A stretch of DNA of 64,000 nucleotides from Candidatus Dadabacteria bacterium. Its GTDB lineage: Bacteria > Desulfobacterota_D > UBA1144 > Nemesobacterales > CSP1-2. The stretch's first letter is position 1. Each line of letters opens with the position of its first letter. The stretch lies in contig CAWDVW010000005.1 in the NCBI GenBank assembly GCA_963805855.1, positions 704,001 to 768,000 on the forward strand, given 5' to 3'. This document shows, piece by piece, positions 52,100 to 62,310 of the stretch. The position numbers were made by a program, and so were the translations under genes. Under the pieces are notes generated by a model. The model ran no database searches. It saw only the letters and a list, made by a program, of their open reading frames with translations, and was not told the origin of the DNA.

Positions 52100-54206
52100 C
52101 CTAAACCGACCAACACATTTCATTAAAAGTGTTTATTCTCTCTTATTATCAGTTTTTATACTTTCTTTGCTATTTCAAAACGATTTTAATAATATAAACA
52201 CATACTCGCTCATCGCGGCCGCTATTCTGTTCGTCTCGACGCTATACATAACCTCTACATACGTCAAGAATGAGATCGCATCAGTGAGCCATTTAGTCAA
52301 AATTGAGACTGCGCTTCTAATCACCCTGTGTTTAAGCGTACTGGTTCAAGCGATAGGAAAAGATCTATTTCCATCTTTCTACATAGTTACACCTCTACTG
52401 TTTGCATATGCAGGATGGCAGGGAGCGACACTGGCGACATTAGTAATTATAGTCTTACAAATCATTAACCCGCGCAATGATACAATCCTTTGGATTTTTC
52501 CTCTTTTAATATCGACTTATGGTTTGGGATTCCTATTAAGAAAAAACAGGTTTATTCCCACTAAATTATTCAAGAAAAATGAGAAAATTGAGCAATTAAA
52601 GATTCACGGCCTCTTCCATAATATAAAAGATACGGAACTTAGCGAAAATGAGCTTAATAAAATCAAGGAAGTAAAAAGCGCAATAAACGATTCTTTAAGG
52701 CTGCTCAATGAATCCTTATCGTTTCATACGATAGTATTATATTTAAAAGGAGAAGACGGGCTTTTCGAAATTGAAGATTTTATATCCCAAACTCCAGATT
52801 CCATTGATATCGGCCAGAGACTAAACTTTCGGACGGGTTATTTTGGATGGGTTCTAAAGACTAATACACCTTTTAGTGCAGAAAACTTGAAACAGGGAGA
52901 TAAAAATCTCTTTTACTACAAGAAAGAAATTCCAGTTAAATCCATCCTTGTTATGCCAATTGTAATTCCGTCCGACGAAGAGCCCGGGAATAAATCTAGG
53001 GAGCCGATTGGCGTGCTTGTCGTTGACAGTCTTGAGAAAGACGCATTTGGTCATTTTGAAAAACATATAGGGTCTACGATTTCGGACGGAATCGGATTGA
53101 TTCTTGAAAACTATAACCTATCACAAAGGGTCTCCATGAGTCAGAAAGAACTCAATTCCATATACGAGTTCACAAAACATCTCAGCTCCGCTCAGGACAT
53201 TGATCATTCATTTGACCACATTATAAAAACACTGGACAGGTTTCTCGAGGCGGATTTTCTTGGGATAACCATTTCGGATCCTGACACAAACACTAGCGAA
53301 CTAAGGAAGGCATTAAACGTTGATTTAAAAAACATAATTGAAACTACTATATTACATCAAAACACCTTAGTAGGTTTGGTAAATAAAAACAAAAAGATCC
53401 TAAATTTTGACGATATTTCCTCAAGTCGTATCTATAGAAGCGTGTTTGGCAAGGAAATTGATCTTGCATTGGGGATCAAGTCATTAAAATCAATATTGGT
53501 CTGCCCGCTGTTAGAAACATCTATTGGTAGTGGGGCATACAGCGATAATATTTTGGGATGTTTAGTCCTCGGCAGAAAAACTAGCCACGCGTTTAGTGAA
53601 AAGGAGAGGAATTTAGTTAGCTATATTTGTCAGCAAACCGCCAGCGTTATTCAAAACTCGACTAACTATCTCAAAATAAGGGAGCTTGCGATAAGCGATG
53701 GTTTAACCGGTCTTTACAATCGTAGCCATTTTCAGGAAATGTTATCTCACTCGCTTGACATGTCCGATAGATATGGTGAGCACGCCACTCTTATCATGAT
53801 CGACATCGATAACCTCAAAGTCATAAACGATAACTATGGTCGCGAAGAGGGAGATAGAATCCTATCGACGACCGCCAAAACTATTTCCAGATCCCTCAGG
53901 AAAACAGACATTGCAGCAAGGTACAGCGGGGACGAGTTCGCAATTGTACTTCCAAAGACCGATAAGGAAAATGCAATAGTTTTGACCCAGAAGTTACAGG
54001 ATAATTTAAGAAGGGTAATCTCGCCAAAAGATGCTGATGCACCTCATGTGACTTTCAGCCTAGGAGTTGCGACTTATCCTGACAATGCTTCTACCATAGA
54101 CTTGCTAATAGAAAAAACCGAACGTGCCCTTTACGAATCAAAGCAGAATGGAAGAAATAGGTTTACTCATTATGAGGATATTGAGCTTAAAGAATCAGCA
54201 ATGTAA
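52071..54206 (+). CDS. membrane-anchored GAF-GAF-GGDEF diguanylate cyclase (SGDEF variant)
   Basis: N-terminal TMs, two GAF-like domains, DGLTGLYNR, DID, RKTD I-site, RYSGDEF. Confidence 0.88.
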   Translation: MRRFINSKNNLNRPTHFIKSVYSLLLSVFILSLLFQNDFNNINTYSLIAAAILFVSTLYITSTYVKNEIASVSHLVKIETALLITLCLSVLVQAIGKDLFPSFYIVTPLLFAYAGWQGATLATLVIIVLQIINPRNDTILWIFPLLISTYGLGFLLRKNRFIPTKLFKKNEKIEQLKIHGLFHNIKDTELSENELNKIKEVKSAINDSLRLLNESLSFHTIVLYLKGEDGLFEIEDFISQTPDSIDIGQRLNFRTGYFGWVLKTNTPFSAENLKQGDKNLFYYKKEIPVKSILVMPIVIPSDEEPGNKSREPIGVLVVDSLEKDAFGHFEKHIGSTISDGIGLILENYNLSQRVSMSQKELNSIYEFTKHLSSAQDIDHSFDHIIKTLDRFLEADFLGITISDPDTNTSELRKALNVDLKNIIETTILHQNTLVGLVNKNKKILNFDDISSSRIYRSVFGKEIDLALGIKSLKSILVCPLLETSIGSGAYSDNILGCLVLGRKTSHAFSEKERNLVSYICQQTASVIQNSTNYLKIRELAISDGLTGLYNRSHFQEMLSHSLDMSDRYGEHATLIMIDIDNLKVINDNYGREEGDRILSTTAKTISRSLRKTDIAARYSGDEFAIVLPKTDKENAIVLTQKLQDNLRRVISPKDADAPHVTFSLGVATYPDNASTIDLLIEKTERALYESKQNGRNRFTHYEDIELKESAM

Positions 54207-54255
54207 AAAAAGTGCAGTTCCGCACAGGATATCTTACGTATTTAAAGATATCCTA

Positions 54256-54283
54256 ATAGGGAACGCATGTATGGGTCCCCTAC
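54256..54283. repeat. degenerate REP related to 36092-36119
   Basis: TAGGGAACGCATGTATGGGTCCCCTAC. Confidence 0.55.
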
Positions 54284-54394
54284 ATTTTCAATATTACGGC
54301 CAGTTGCCGAAAATTCGCTAGTTGAAAATTATAACTCCAAACATTTTTCCGTCTTTATTTAAATTTGCTATTTCTTCGGGCAAATTTTATACAA

Positions 54395-55249
54395 ATGCAA
54401 AAAGACTCTAGAAGTCTTTACCAGCCGAAGAGAATCTTATTACCCGATAAAATCTTTCCAAAAAAAAGCCTCGGACAGAACTTTATAATAGACTTAGAAG
54501 TACTTGATCGCATCTCTGAAATCGCGAAGCTTACAAGAAACGATGATGTCCTCGAGATCGGTGCAGGCCTGGGCACCCTGACCACTTACCTTGCTGAGAG
54601 GGCAAAACGTGTGGTCGCAATCGAAAAGGACAACAGGCTCTTCGAAAAATTGAGGACATCAATTCATCATCTTCCAAACCTGGAATTAGTACAGGGAGAT
54701 GTTCTCAAAATCAATTTCAGAGAATTATTCACCGGCAATAAAATGAAGGTTGTCTCGAATCTTCCCTACAGCATTTCATCCCCCATATTGATAAAATTAC
54801 TCGAGAATAGAGATATTTTCTCGCTCTTGGTTATCATGATTCAGCGTGAGGTAGGCGAAAGAATCACGGCCAGCCCGGGGGGTAGAGATTACGGCTCAAT
54901 ATCTGTACTTTTGCAAACATTCTTTGACATTTCGATCGAACTCACGGTACCTCCCGAGGCCTTCTGGCCAAAGCCGAAGGTTGACTCGGTTGTCCTGAAA
55001 TTAAATCCGCTTCGAAGTCCAAGAATCGAAATCTCCGACATAGAACTTTTCAAGAAGATTGTAAGGGCATCCTTCTCATCGAGAAGAAAAATTCTTGCCA
55101 ATTCTCTTCGCTCACTCATTCCGAAAGAGAAAGTAGAAAAAATTCTAAAATCAGCTGAAATAGATAGAAAAAGAAGGGCGGAGACCCTCTCGATCGAAGA
55201 ATTTGGGAGATTGACCGAAGAGGCTTTCAAGATAGGGGAGAGAATCTAA
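54395..55249 (+). CDS. rsmA: 16S rRNA m6,2A dimethyltransferase
   Basis: KKSLGQNF, LEIGAG.G, NLPY, FWP.PKVDS, RAETLS. Confidence 0.96.
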   Translation: MQKDSRSLYQPKRILLPDKIFPKKSLGQNFIIDLEVLDRISEIAKLTRNDDVLEIGAGLGTLTTYLAERAKRVVAIEKDNRLFEKLRTSIHHLPNLELVQGDVLKINFRELFTGNKMKVVSNLPYSISSPILIKLLENRDIFSLLVIMIQREVGERITASPGGRDYGSISVLLQTFFDISIELTVPPEAFWPKPKVDSVVLKLNPLRSPRIEISDIELFKKIVRASFSSRRKILANSLRSLIPKEKVEKILKSAEIDRKRRAETLSIEEFGRLTEEAFKIGERI

Positions 55250-55408
55250 AACGCACCATACCTCCGGGAGGTGAACAATAATCTAAACTAGGCGAAAGAA
55301 GCGGAGTTGAACTTTAATTAGGATCAACTATAATATAGGCAAATTATAATTAGGAATAAGAAACTTAATGAATTATCCCTCTTAATTTGAAGTGACGAGT
55401 AGCGTTAG

Positions 55409-56266
55409 ATGCTAAGAGAACGGATTAGCTACACGACCTTGATCTTTTCATGCACCGCACTTCTCGTTTATCTTTTAGTTTCCGATAGTAATTTTATTTT
55501 TTCTCTCGCAGAAGCTGAGGAGGCATCTGTGGATAAGCCTTCCGCCGAGAAGAAATCTCCGGGCAATGTTCCCAGCTCTCCAGTCATCGAACTCGCAGCT
55601 AAAGATTTAATAAACAAGATGGGAACCTTTCTGAACATGGCTAAGCAACTTAGCTTTCATGCGGAGGTTATGTTTGACGATCACCTGCCTTCAGGACAGA
55701 AAATACAGTTTGCTGCAGCAGAAGACGTGTCGGTGCGAAAGCCCGATCGAATTTACGTAGACTACCAGAGTGACCTTGGATCAAAAAGATTTTGGTATAA
55801 CGGCAAGACCATCACCCTTTTATCTCCAGCTCACGACAGCTACTCCACAATCGACGCCCCGCCAAACATAGAAAGCGCCGTTGAAGTATTGATGAAGGAC
55901 TACGGATTTACAGTCCCGTTGGGAGATTTCCTCTTCAGCGAACCACACAGTACATTGATGAAGAATGTGCTGGCCGGAATATACGTTGGGCCAGGCGATG
56001 TAAACGGGGTTGATTGTCAGCACCTCGCTTTTGTTGAGAAATACATAGATTGGCAGATATGGATCGAAGACGGCAACGAACCCATCCCACGAAAAGTGGT
56101 AATCACATATAAGACAATGCCAAATTCTCCTCAGTATATAGCCATGCTCTCGGATTGGAACTTTAAAAAAGACTTCCCCGATTCGCTTTTTACCGCTGAT
56201 GTTCCCAAGGATGCCAAACATATCGATTTCATTAAACTCAAAAGCAGTGAAAAGAAATTAAATTAA
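55409..56266 (+). CDS. DUF2092-like periplasmic protein (LolA-like fold)
   Basis: signal peptide; GQKIQF, RPDR-like, YNGK..TL, C.HLAF..DWQIWI..G..P.P.K.VITYK. Confidence 0.75.
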   Translation: MLRERISYTTLIFSCTALLVYLLVSDSNFIFSLAEAEEASVDKPSAEKKSPGNVPSSPVIELAAKDLINKMGTFLNMAKQLSFHAEVMFDDHLPSGQKIQFAAAEDVSVRKPDRIYVDYQSDLGSKRFWYNGKTITLLSPAHDSYSTIDAPPNIESAVEVLMKDYGFTVPLGDFLFSEPHSTLMKNVLAGIYVGPGDVNGVDCQHLAFVEKYIDWQIWIEDGNEPIPRKVVITYKTMPNSPQYIAMLSDWNFKKDFPDSLFTADVPKDAKHIDFIKLKSSEKKLN

Positions 56267-56280
56267 GAGGGGCACAAGTC

Positions 56281-57345
56281 ATGGGACGGAAAAAAATATC
56301 TAATAGATCTTATCTTGAATACTTATTATTTACCTCACTGCTCATGACGCTGTTGTTCTTCCTACCCGGTGGCGCTTATGCCAGATTTGGTGGTGGAGGT
56401 TTTGGAGGGGGAGGATTCCACGGCGGTGGCTTTGGAGGGAGAGGATTCGGTGGCGGTGGTTTTGGCGGTGGCGGTTTTGGAGGCGGGCGATTGGGTGGCG
56501 GCAGTTTCGGCGGTGGAGACCTGGGGGGTGGTGGATTTGGGGGCCGATTTGGGGGAGGAGGGATTGGGCGGGGAGACTTTGGCGGAGGTGGCCTCGGAAG
56601 CATCAGCCAGTCCGGCGGCGATTTTGGAGCCGGACGAGACTGGAGCTCCGGAGATCGTGCAAGCAGCTTCAGCCAGAGCGGCGACTTCGCCAGTAACCGC
56701 GAGAACGTCCAGCAGGGGGACGGAGGGATGGCTCAACGGCAGGAAAACCGACAGGGCTGGAGCAGCCAGAACCAGCAGAACCGACAGAGTTGGAGTAGCC
56801 AGAATCAGCAGAACCGCCAAAATGCATATGATGACCACTGGAATGACTACTGGCATGGCTCCTACTATCCCGGTGGCGGCTGGTACGGATGGGGTGGATA
56901 TTATAGTGGATTGGCATTGGGCGCTGGCATAGCCGTGGGAGCAACCATTGCAAGTCTGCCTGCGTACTACGATACAGTTTATGTTGAAGGTAATCCCTTC
57001 TATTATTCAAACGGGGTTTACTACGCATCCCAAGGATCCCAATATCAAATAGTACCCCCGCCAAATGGAGCAACAGTCAGCACATTGCCTCCAACATGTA
57101 CCAATACGTATCTTGGGGATATACCTTATTTTGATTGCGGGGGCGCATATTACGCACAAGTTAGCAACGGTTATCAAGTTGTGACTCCACCTATTGGGGC
57201 AACGGTTTCTGCACTGCCTAACGGAGCAGTTTCAAAGACAATAAACGGTGTTAACTACTTTACCTTTGGAGGCGCTTATTACCAGCCTTTTTACAGTGGA
57301 AGCGATGTGATATACAAAATTGTTCAGGATCCTACCTCGTCGTAG
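56281..57345 (+). CDS. exported Gly-rich repeat protein with Tyr-rich C-terminal repeats (DUF6515-like)
   Basis: signal peptide, (GGGFGG)n, tandem WSSQNQQNRQ, repeated PP.GA.V..LP. Confidence 0.75.
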   Translation: MGRKKISNRSYLEYLLFTSLLMTLLFFLPGGAYARFGGGGFGGGGFHGGGFGGRGFGGGGFGGGGFGGGRLGGGSFGGGDLGGGGFGGRFGGGGIGRGDFGGGGLGSISQSGGDFGAGRDWSSGDRASSFSQSGDFASNRENVQQGDGGMAQRQENRQGWSSQNQQNRQSWSSQNQQNRQNAYDDHWNDYWHGSYYPGGGWYGWGGYYSGLALGAGIAVGATIASLPAYYDTVYVEGNPFYYSNGVYYASQGSQYQIVPPPNGATVSTLPPTCTNTYLGDIPYFDCGGAYYAQVSNGYQVVTPPIGATVSALPNGAVSKTINGVNYFTFGGAYYQPFYSGSDVIYKIVQDPTSS

Positions 57346-57422
57346 CTCCCGTTATACGAACTTGATGTAAGTCAAAATAATAGAATTTCAACCCGAAAAA
57401 TCTATTTAGGAGGTATTTGAGC

Positions 57423-58124
57423 ATGAAAAAATCCAAACACGTCCTCACCGCACTCGGGCTTCTGGAAAACGAATTTGGACGAGCTTTCACAAGGAGAAAC
57501 ATAGTGAGCCTTATGGTAATCGGCTTTATTTTTTTCTTCGCATCAATAGCTTCATCCCAGGAGAAAATCCCTTCGGGAACCATTAACATCGACGAAACTC
57601 AACTCGGATTTATCATAGGCGGGGACATAGGCAAGGGTACATTACACTACCAAGGAGTGGACTATTCCTTTAAGACTGGGGGTATTAAAGTTGGCGGCGT
57701 GGGTATAGCCAAGATATCAGCAGCTGGAGAAGTCTACGACTTATTCGACCTATCACAGTTTCCAGGAACCTATGTCGCAGGAGATTATGGCATATCGCTG
57801 GGTGGGGGCGTCGGGGGTATGGTGTTAAAAAATCAGAATGACGTGTTTTTGCGGTTGCGGTCGACGATGGAAGGTGTTGACCTGAATGTTGGCTTAGAGG
57901 GTCTAACCATAAAGTTAGAAGGAGTAGCAGAACAACAACCGGTAGAAGAACCAGCTGAGCAAGTTGAAATGCAGCAACAATCCGGACAAACCTATACGGT
58001 TCAAAGTGGGGACACCTTATATGAGATTGCTACCAGGTTCGGAACTACCGTTTCAGCGTTAAAAAACGCAAACAACCTGACCTCCAATATGATCCGTGTG
58101 GGGCAGGTTCTTAATGTTCCGTAA
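57423..58124 (+). CDS. exported DUF1134/EipA-like beta protein with C-terminal LysM domain
   Basis: [38 protein letters not shown] LysM; SD AGGAGG. Confidence 0.75.
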   Translation: MKKSKHVLTALGLLENEFGRAFTRRNIVSLMVIGFIFFFASIASSQEKIPSGTINIDETQLGFIIGGDIGKGTLHYQGVDYSFKTGGIKVGGVGIAKISAAGEVYDLFDLSQFPGTYVAGDYGISLGGGVGGMVLKNQNDVFLRLRSTMEGVDLNVGLEGLTIKLEGVAEQQPVEEPAEQVEMQQQSGQTYTVQSGDTLYEIATRFGTTVSALKNANNLTSNMIRVGQVLNVP

Positions 58125-58227
58125 GGTGTGTAGTTTATAGGAACGTGAGATGAAACTGATACAATGTTTCGTGGATAACGCACTAATACGTTTAAGAAAA
58201 TACTTAGTGTAGTTTAAAGTGGTCTGA

Positions 58228-58305
58228 TACCCGTTCGCCCTGAGCTGTGTCGAAGGGCGCCTTTAAAATTCAACATCCTTCGACCGGGCTCAGGATGAGC
58301 GGGTA
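58228..58305. repeat. long inverted-repeat element (CCTGAG..TCGAAGG family)
   Basis: TACCCGTTCGCCCTGAGC..GTCGAAGG / CCTTCGAC..GCTCAGGATGAGCGGGTA. Confidence 0.75.
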
Positions 58306-58477
58306 CCTATCCGCTTGACAACTGAAGTTCAAAAGAGAGAAAATGCCTGATGAATCTCTCAAATTGGTATTAGCAACGACGCAAAAACAATAAAAAGAGA
58401 ATCATATTTCACTAAACCAAAGAAGGTAAAGTAAAATGAAGGAAATAAACAGAATGTTGATTAATAGGAGGTGTAAC

Positions 58478-60334
58478 ATGAATTCAAAAAGAAATTTCTC
58501 CTTTCTGGGATGTACGGTGCTACTAATAACGCTTATTTTTTTCTCCCTCGCATGTTCTCGGGAGGAGGCAATTGGCGAGAAGGTTGAGGGCGAAAAGCAA
58601 ACTGAAATGGTAACCGGCGAACAGGTTAAACCCGAGAATCTCGCACCGGAGCAGGGGATAGTGGTTGCTCAAAAAGAAGAGACAGCGGCGAAGAAGAGCG
58701 CTACCAGCAAGCCGAACATCCTGTTCATCATGGGCGACGACATCGGCTGGATGCAGCCGAGCATCTACCACCGCGGCCTGATGGTAGGGGAAACACCCAA
58801 CATCGACCGCATCGGCCGAGAAGGCGCGATGTTCACGGACTACTACGCTGAGCAGAGCTGCACCGCCGGGCGTACAGCCTTTTTCACCGGCATGAATCCG
58901 ATGCGCGTCGGCATGACCTTACCGGAAATTCCCGGAAGCCCGTCCTACCTGCGGCCCGGCACGCCGGCGCTCGCCAAGTTCCTGCTCGACCTCGGCTACA
59001 ACACCGGCGAGTTCGGCAAGAACCATCTCGGAGATCACACGGACTCCCTGCCGACCGCGCACGGCTTCCAGGAATACTGGGGCTACCTCTATCACCTCGA
59101 CGCCATGCAAGGGGTGAGCTTCCCTGATATCAACAAGAGCCCGACCGAGCAGACCGTCGCGCCACCGTGCAAGAACACGCCGGTCAAAGGCCTCTCCGAC
59201 CCCCCGGGCGCCGTGGACCCCAAAACGACGACGTGCCTGACACCCCCGCGTCCGGTGATCTTGTGCACCTCTTCGGACGGCACGGAGAAGAACCAGTCCT
59301 GTAAAGACGAGGGCCCGCTGACGCTGGAGCGGTCGAAGACGGTGGATGAGGAAATCTCGACCCACGTCATCGACTTCCTCGACCGCAACGACCCTAAGAA
59401 GACCGGCAAGCCGTTCTTCGTCTGGTACAACCCGGCGCGCATGCACATCACGACCGTGTTGTCGGACAAATACATGGCCATGGTGGGTCAGCAGGGCGGC
59501 AAGGATTGGGGCGTGAATGAAGCCGGCATGAAGCAGATGGACGACAACATCGGCTACGTGCTGAAGAAGCTCGAGGACATGGGCCAGCTCGACAACACCA
59601 TCGTCGTCTTCACCACCGACAACGGCGCCGAGGTGATCACCTACCCCGACGGCGGCGTGACCCCATTCGCGGGCGGCAAGCTGACCACCTGGGAAGGCGG
59701 CATGCGGGCTCCCTGCGTCATTCGTTGGCCAGGCGTGATCAAGCCGGGCACGATATTCAACCAGATCTTCGCGTCCCTGGACTGGCTGCCCACGTTCGTT
59801 GAAATCGCCGGTGGTCCCAAGGGCAATGCGTTAAAGGCGGAGATCGAAAAAGGGGCCTATAAAGACATCGTCAAGACGACGCTGGACGGTGTTAACGAGA
59901 TTGACTACCTGACGGGCAAGTCGGCAAATTCGGCGCGCGATGTCTTCTTCTACTATTCAAATAAGGTCCCGTCGGCGGTGCGGTACAAGAACTGGAAGAT
60001 GTACTTCGGGATGGTGTCTCAGTCGCCGGAGGGCTTTACCACCGGCGTCGTCCCCTATCACTGGACCCAGGTCGTCAACATCAAGCGCGATCCCTTCGAG
60101 ACTTCGATCGGAGCCCATACCAAGACCCTCTTCGGTATGGGCGGGGCCCTTGCTGGTCCGGTCACCGCATACGTCTACGATTGGAACATGCTGCCTATCG
60201 GCCAGGCGCTGTGGCTGAAGGAACTCGAGACCTACGTCGACTTCCCACCGCTACAGAACCCGGCAAGCTACAATCTGGACCAGGTCCTCCAGCAGGTCCG
60301 GGAAATGCACACGGCCAGTCACGCAGGCGAGTAG
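58478..60334 (+). CDS. Cys-type arylsulfatase-family lipoprotein
   Basis: lipobox SLAC, PNILFIMGDDIG, SCTAGR, GKNHLG, TDNG, WEGGMR; SD AGGAGG. Confidence 0.92.
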   Translation: MNSKRNFSFLGCTVLLITLIFFSLACSREEAIGEKVEGEKQTEMVTGEQVKPENLAPEQGIVVAQKEETAAKKSATSKPNILFIMGDDIGWMQPSIYHRGLMVGETPNIDRIGREGAMFTDYYAEQSCTAGRTAFFTGMNPMRVGMTLPEIPGSPSYLRPGTPALAKFLLDLGYNTGEFGKNHLGDHTDSLPTAHGFQEYWGYLYHLDAMQGVSFPDINKSPTEQTVAPPCKNTPVKGLSDPPGAVDPKTTTCLTPPRPVILCTSSDGTEKNQSCKDEGPLTLERSKTVDEEISTHVIDFLDRNDPKKTGKPFFVWYNPARMHITTVLSDKYMAMVGQQGGKDWGVNEAGMKQMDDNIGYVLKKLEDMGQLDNTIVVFTTDNGAEVITYPDGGVTPFAGGKLTTWEGGMRAPCVIRWPGVIKPGTIFNQIFASLDWLPTFVEIAGGPKGNALKAEIEKGAYKDIVKTTLDGVNEIDYLTGKSANSARDVFFYYSNKVPSAVRYKNWKMYFGMVSQSPEGFTTGVVPYHWTQVVNIKRDPFETSIGAHTKTLFGMGGALAGPVTAYVYDWNMLPIGQALWLKELETYVDFPPLQNPASYNLDQVLQQVREMHTASHAGE

Positions 60335-60488
60335 CGGCGTGAATCCAGCGTCAAGTGAGTGAGCAGGCGTTCCGACGGCCATAAAACGGCCGCCCGGTGT
60401 GCCGATGATAGTGAGCTAAGACTAGGAGACGAAGCACGAGCAACTAGAAAGCGAATTATTTTTCAATGATCCAAAGGAGCAAAATAAT

Positions 60489-62045
60489 ATGAAGGAAAGA
60501 TACAGAACGTTCACTACTGCGTTATGCGCAATCCTTATGGCTCTACCATTGGTCACCATTTCGACTGTCGCCCAGGAGAAGAAGCCGAACATTCTAGTCA
60601 TCTGGGGCGACGATATCGGCTGGTACAACATCAGCGCCTACAACATGGGCGTGATGGGCTATAAGACACCTAATATCGACCGCATCGCGAAGGAAGGAGC
60701 TTTGTTCACCGACTGGTACGGGCAGCAGAGCTGCACAGCTGGACGCGCCGCGTTCATCACTGGACAGTCACCGATCCGCACCGGTTTGACCAAGGTGGGA
60801 CTGCCCGGAGCGGATGTCGGCCTGCGCCCGCAGGACCCGACGATCGCTGAACTGTTAAAACCGCTCGGATACGCGACGGGGCAGTTTGGGAAGAACCACC
60901 TCGGCGACCGCGACGAGTTCCTTCCGACCGCGCACGGCTTTGACGAATTCTTCGGCAATCTCTATCACCTCAACGCCGAGGAGGAGCCGGAGAACATCGA
61001 CTATCCGAAGAACCCGGACTTCAAGAAAAAGTTTGGGCCGCGCGGCGTTATCCACTCGTTCGCCGGGGGGAAGATCGACGATACCGGCCCGCTTACCAAA
61101 AAGCGCATGGAAACGATCGACGATGAGATCACCGCGGCAGCCCTCGGGTTCATGGAGCAGCAGCACAAAGAGGGCAAGCCATTCTTTCTATGGTGGAACT
61201 CGACGCGCATGCACATCTGGACTCATCTCAAAAAGGAGTCCGAAGGCAAGACTGGCCTTGGCATCTATCCGGACGGCATGGTCGAGCATGATGCGCACGT
61301 GGGTCAGCTCCTGAACAAGCTTGACGAACTCGGCATCGCAGACAACACCATCGTCATCTATTCGACGGACAATGGCGCCGAGACTTTCACTTGGCCGGAC
61401 GGCGGCACCACCCCCTTCCGCGGCGAAAAGGCAACCAATTGGGAAGGCGGTTACCGTGTCCCCACGCTTATTCGGTGGCCCGGCACAATCGAACCCGGAA
61501 CCGTTTACAACGACATCCTTGCTCACGAGGACTTGCTGCCGACGATCCTCGCAGCGGCCGGCGTGCCCGACGTCAAGGAGAAGCTGCTCAAAGGATACGC
61601 GGCGGGCAACAAAAATTACAAGGTGCATCTGGATGGATACAACCTCATCCCATACGTCAAGGGCGACACGAAAGAGCCTCCGCGTAAGGAATTCCTCTAC
61701 TGGAACGACGACGGCAAGCTTGTGGCGCTTCGTTACGACCGGTGGAAGCTTGTGTTCTCCGAGCAGCGCAGCCACGGCTTTGACGTGTGGCAGGAACCAT
61801 TCGTCGACCTTCGCCTGCCGGCGCTATACGACCTTCGCTCCGATCCGTTCGAGCGTGCAAGCCACGAGTCTATCGGCTACCCGATGTGGAGGGTCGAACG
61901 CGTTTATCTCCTCGTTCCCGCACAGACCTATGTCGCCAAGTGGATTTCGAGCTTCAAGGAATTCCCGCCACGACAGAAGCCTGCGAGCTTCAGCCTCGAT
62001 CAAGTGATGCAGAAGCTCACGGAAACGGCCGGGAGCGCGCAGTAG
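60489..62045 (+). CDS. Cys-type arylsulfatase-family exported protein
   Basis: signal peptide, PNILVIWGDDIG, SCTAGR, GKNHLG, TDNG, WEGGYR. Confidence 0.93.
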   Translation: MKERYRTFTTALCAILMALPLVTISTVAQEKKPNILVIWGDDIGWYNISAYNMGVMGYKTPNIDRIAKEGALFTDWYGQQSCTAGRAAFITGQSPIRTGLTKVGLPGADVGLRPQDPTIAELLKPLGYATGQFGKNHLGDRDEFLPTAHGFDEFFGNLYHLNAEEEPENIDYPKNPDFKKKFGPRGVIHSFAGGKIDDTGPLTKKRMETIDDEITAAALGFMEQQHKEGKPFFLWWNSTRMHIWTHLKKESEGKTGLGIYPDGMVEHDAHVGQLLNKLDELGIADNTIVIYSTDNGAETFTWPDGGTTPFRGEKATNWEGGYRVPTLIRWPGTIEPGTVYNDILAHEDLLPTILAAAGVPDVKEKLLKGYAAGNKNYKVHLDGYNLIPYVKGDTKEPPRKEFLYWNDDGKLVALRYDRWKLVFSEQRSHGFDVWQEPFVDLRLPALYDLRSDPFERASHESIGYPMWRVERVYLLVPAQTYVAKWISSFKEFPPRQKPASFSLDQVMQKLTETAGSAQ

Positions 62046-62310
62046 GTCGGTCGAATCCCGCTCGCGCGTGGCCCTGAAGCGTCGCGAGAACCTGAGCGAC
62101 GATACCTCCGGGAGGTCACGACATTTCGGACGCATTGCTCTAGCGAGTTGATGGGTGAGGCGAAGAAGAGGGCTGGGTGGTCATCAGCATGATGAACGAC
62201 TGGAAACGCATTTTCGCATGGGAGCAGTAGACGAAGAAATCGAATGGCTTATGAGCATTAATCAAGGTAATATCCATTGCGTATCAAAAACCAAATTAGG
62301 AGGTTGTGAA

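Noticed and set aside
53700-54206. Hypr-type GGDEF (3',3'-cGAMP synthase)
   Set aside because: The guanine-specifying Asp (EGDRIL) is retained rather than replaced by Ser
56362-57073. Pro-rich and other overlapping ORFs across the Gly-rich gene
   Set aside because: Shadow frames of GGN repeats; only the 56281 frame has an RBS and signal peptide
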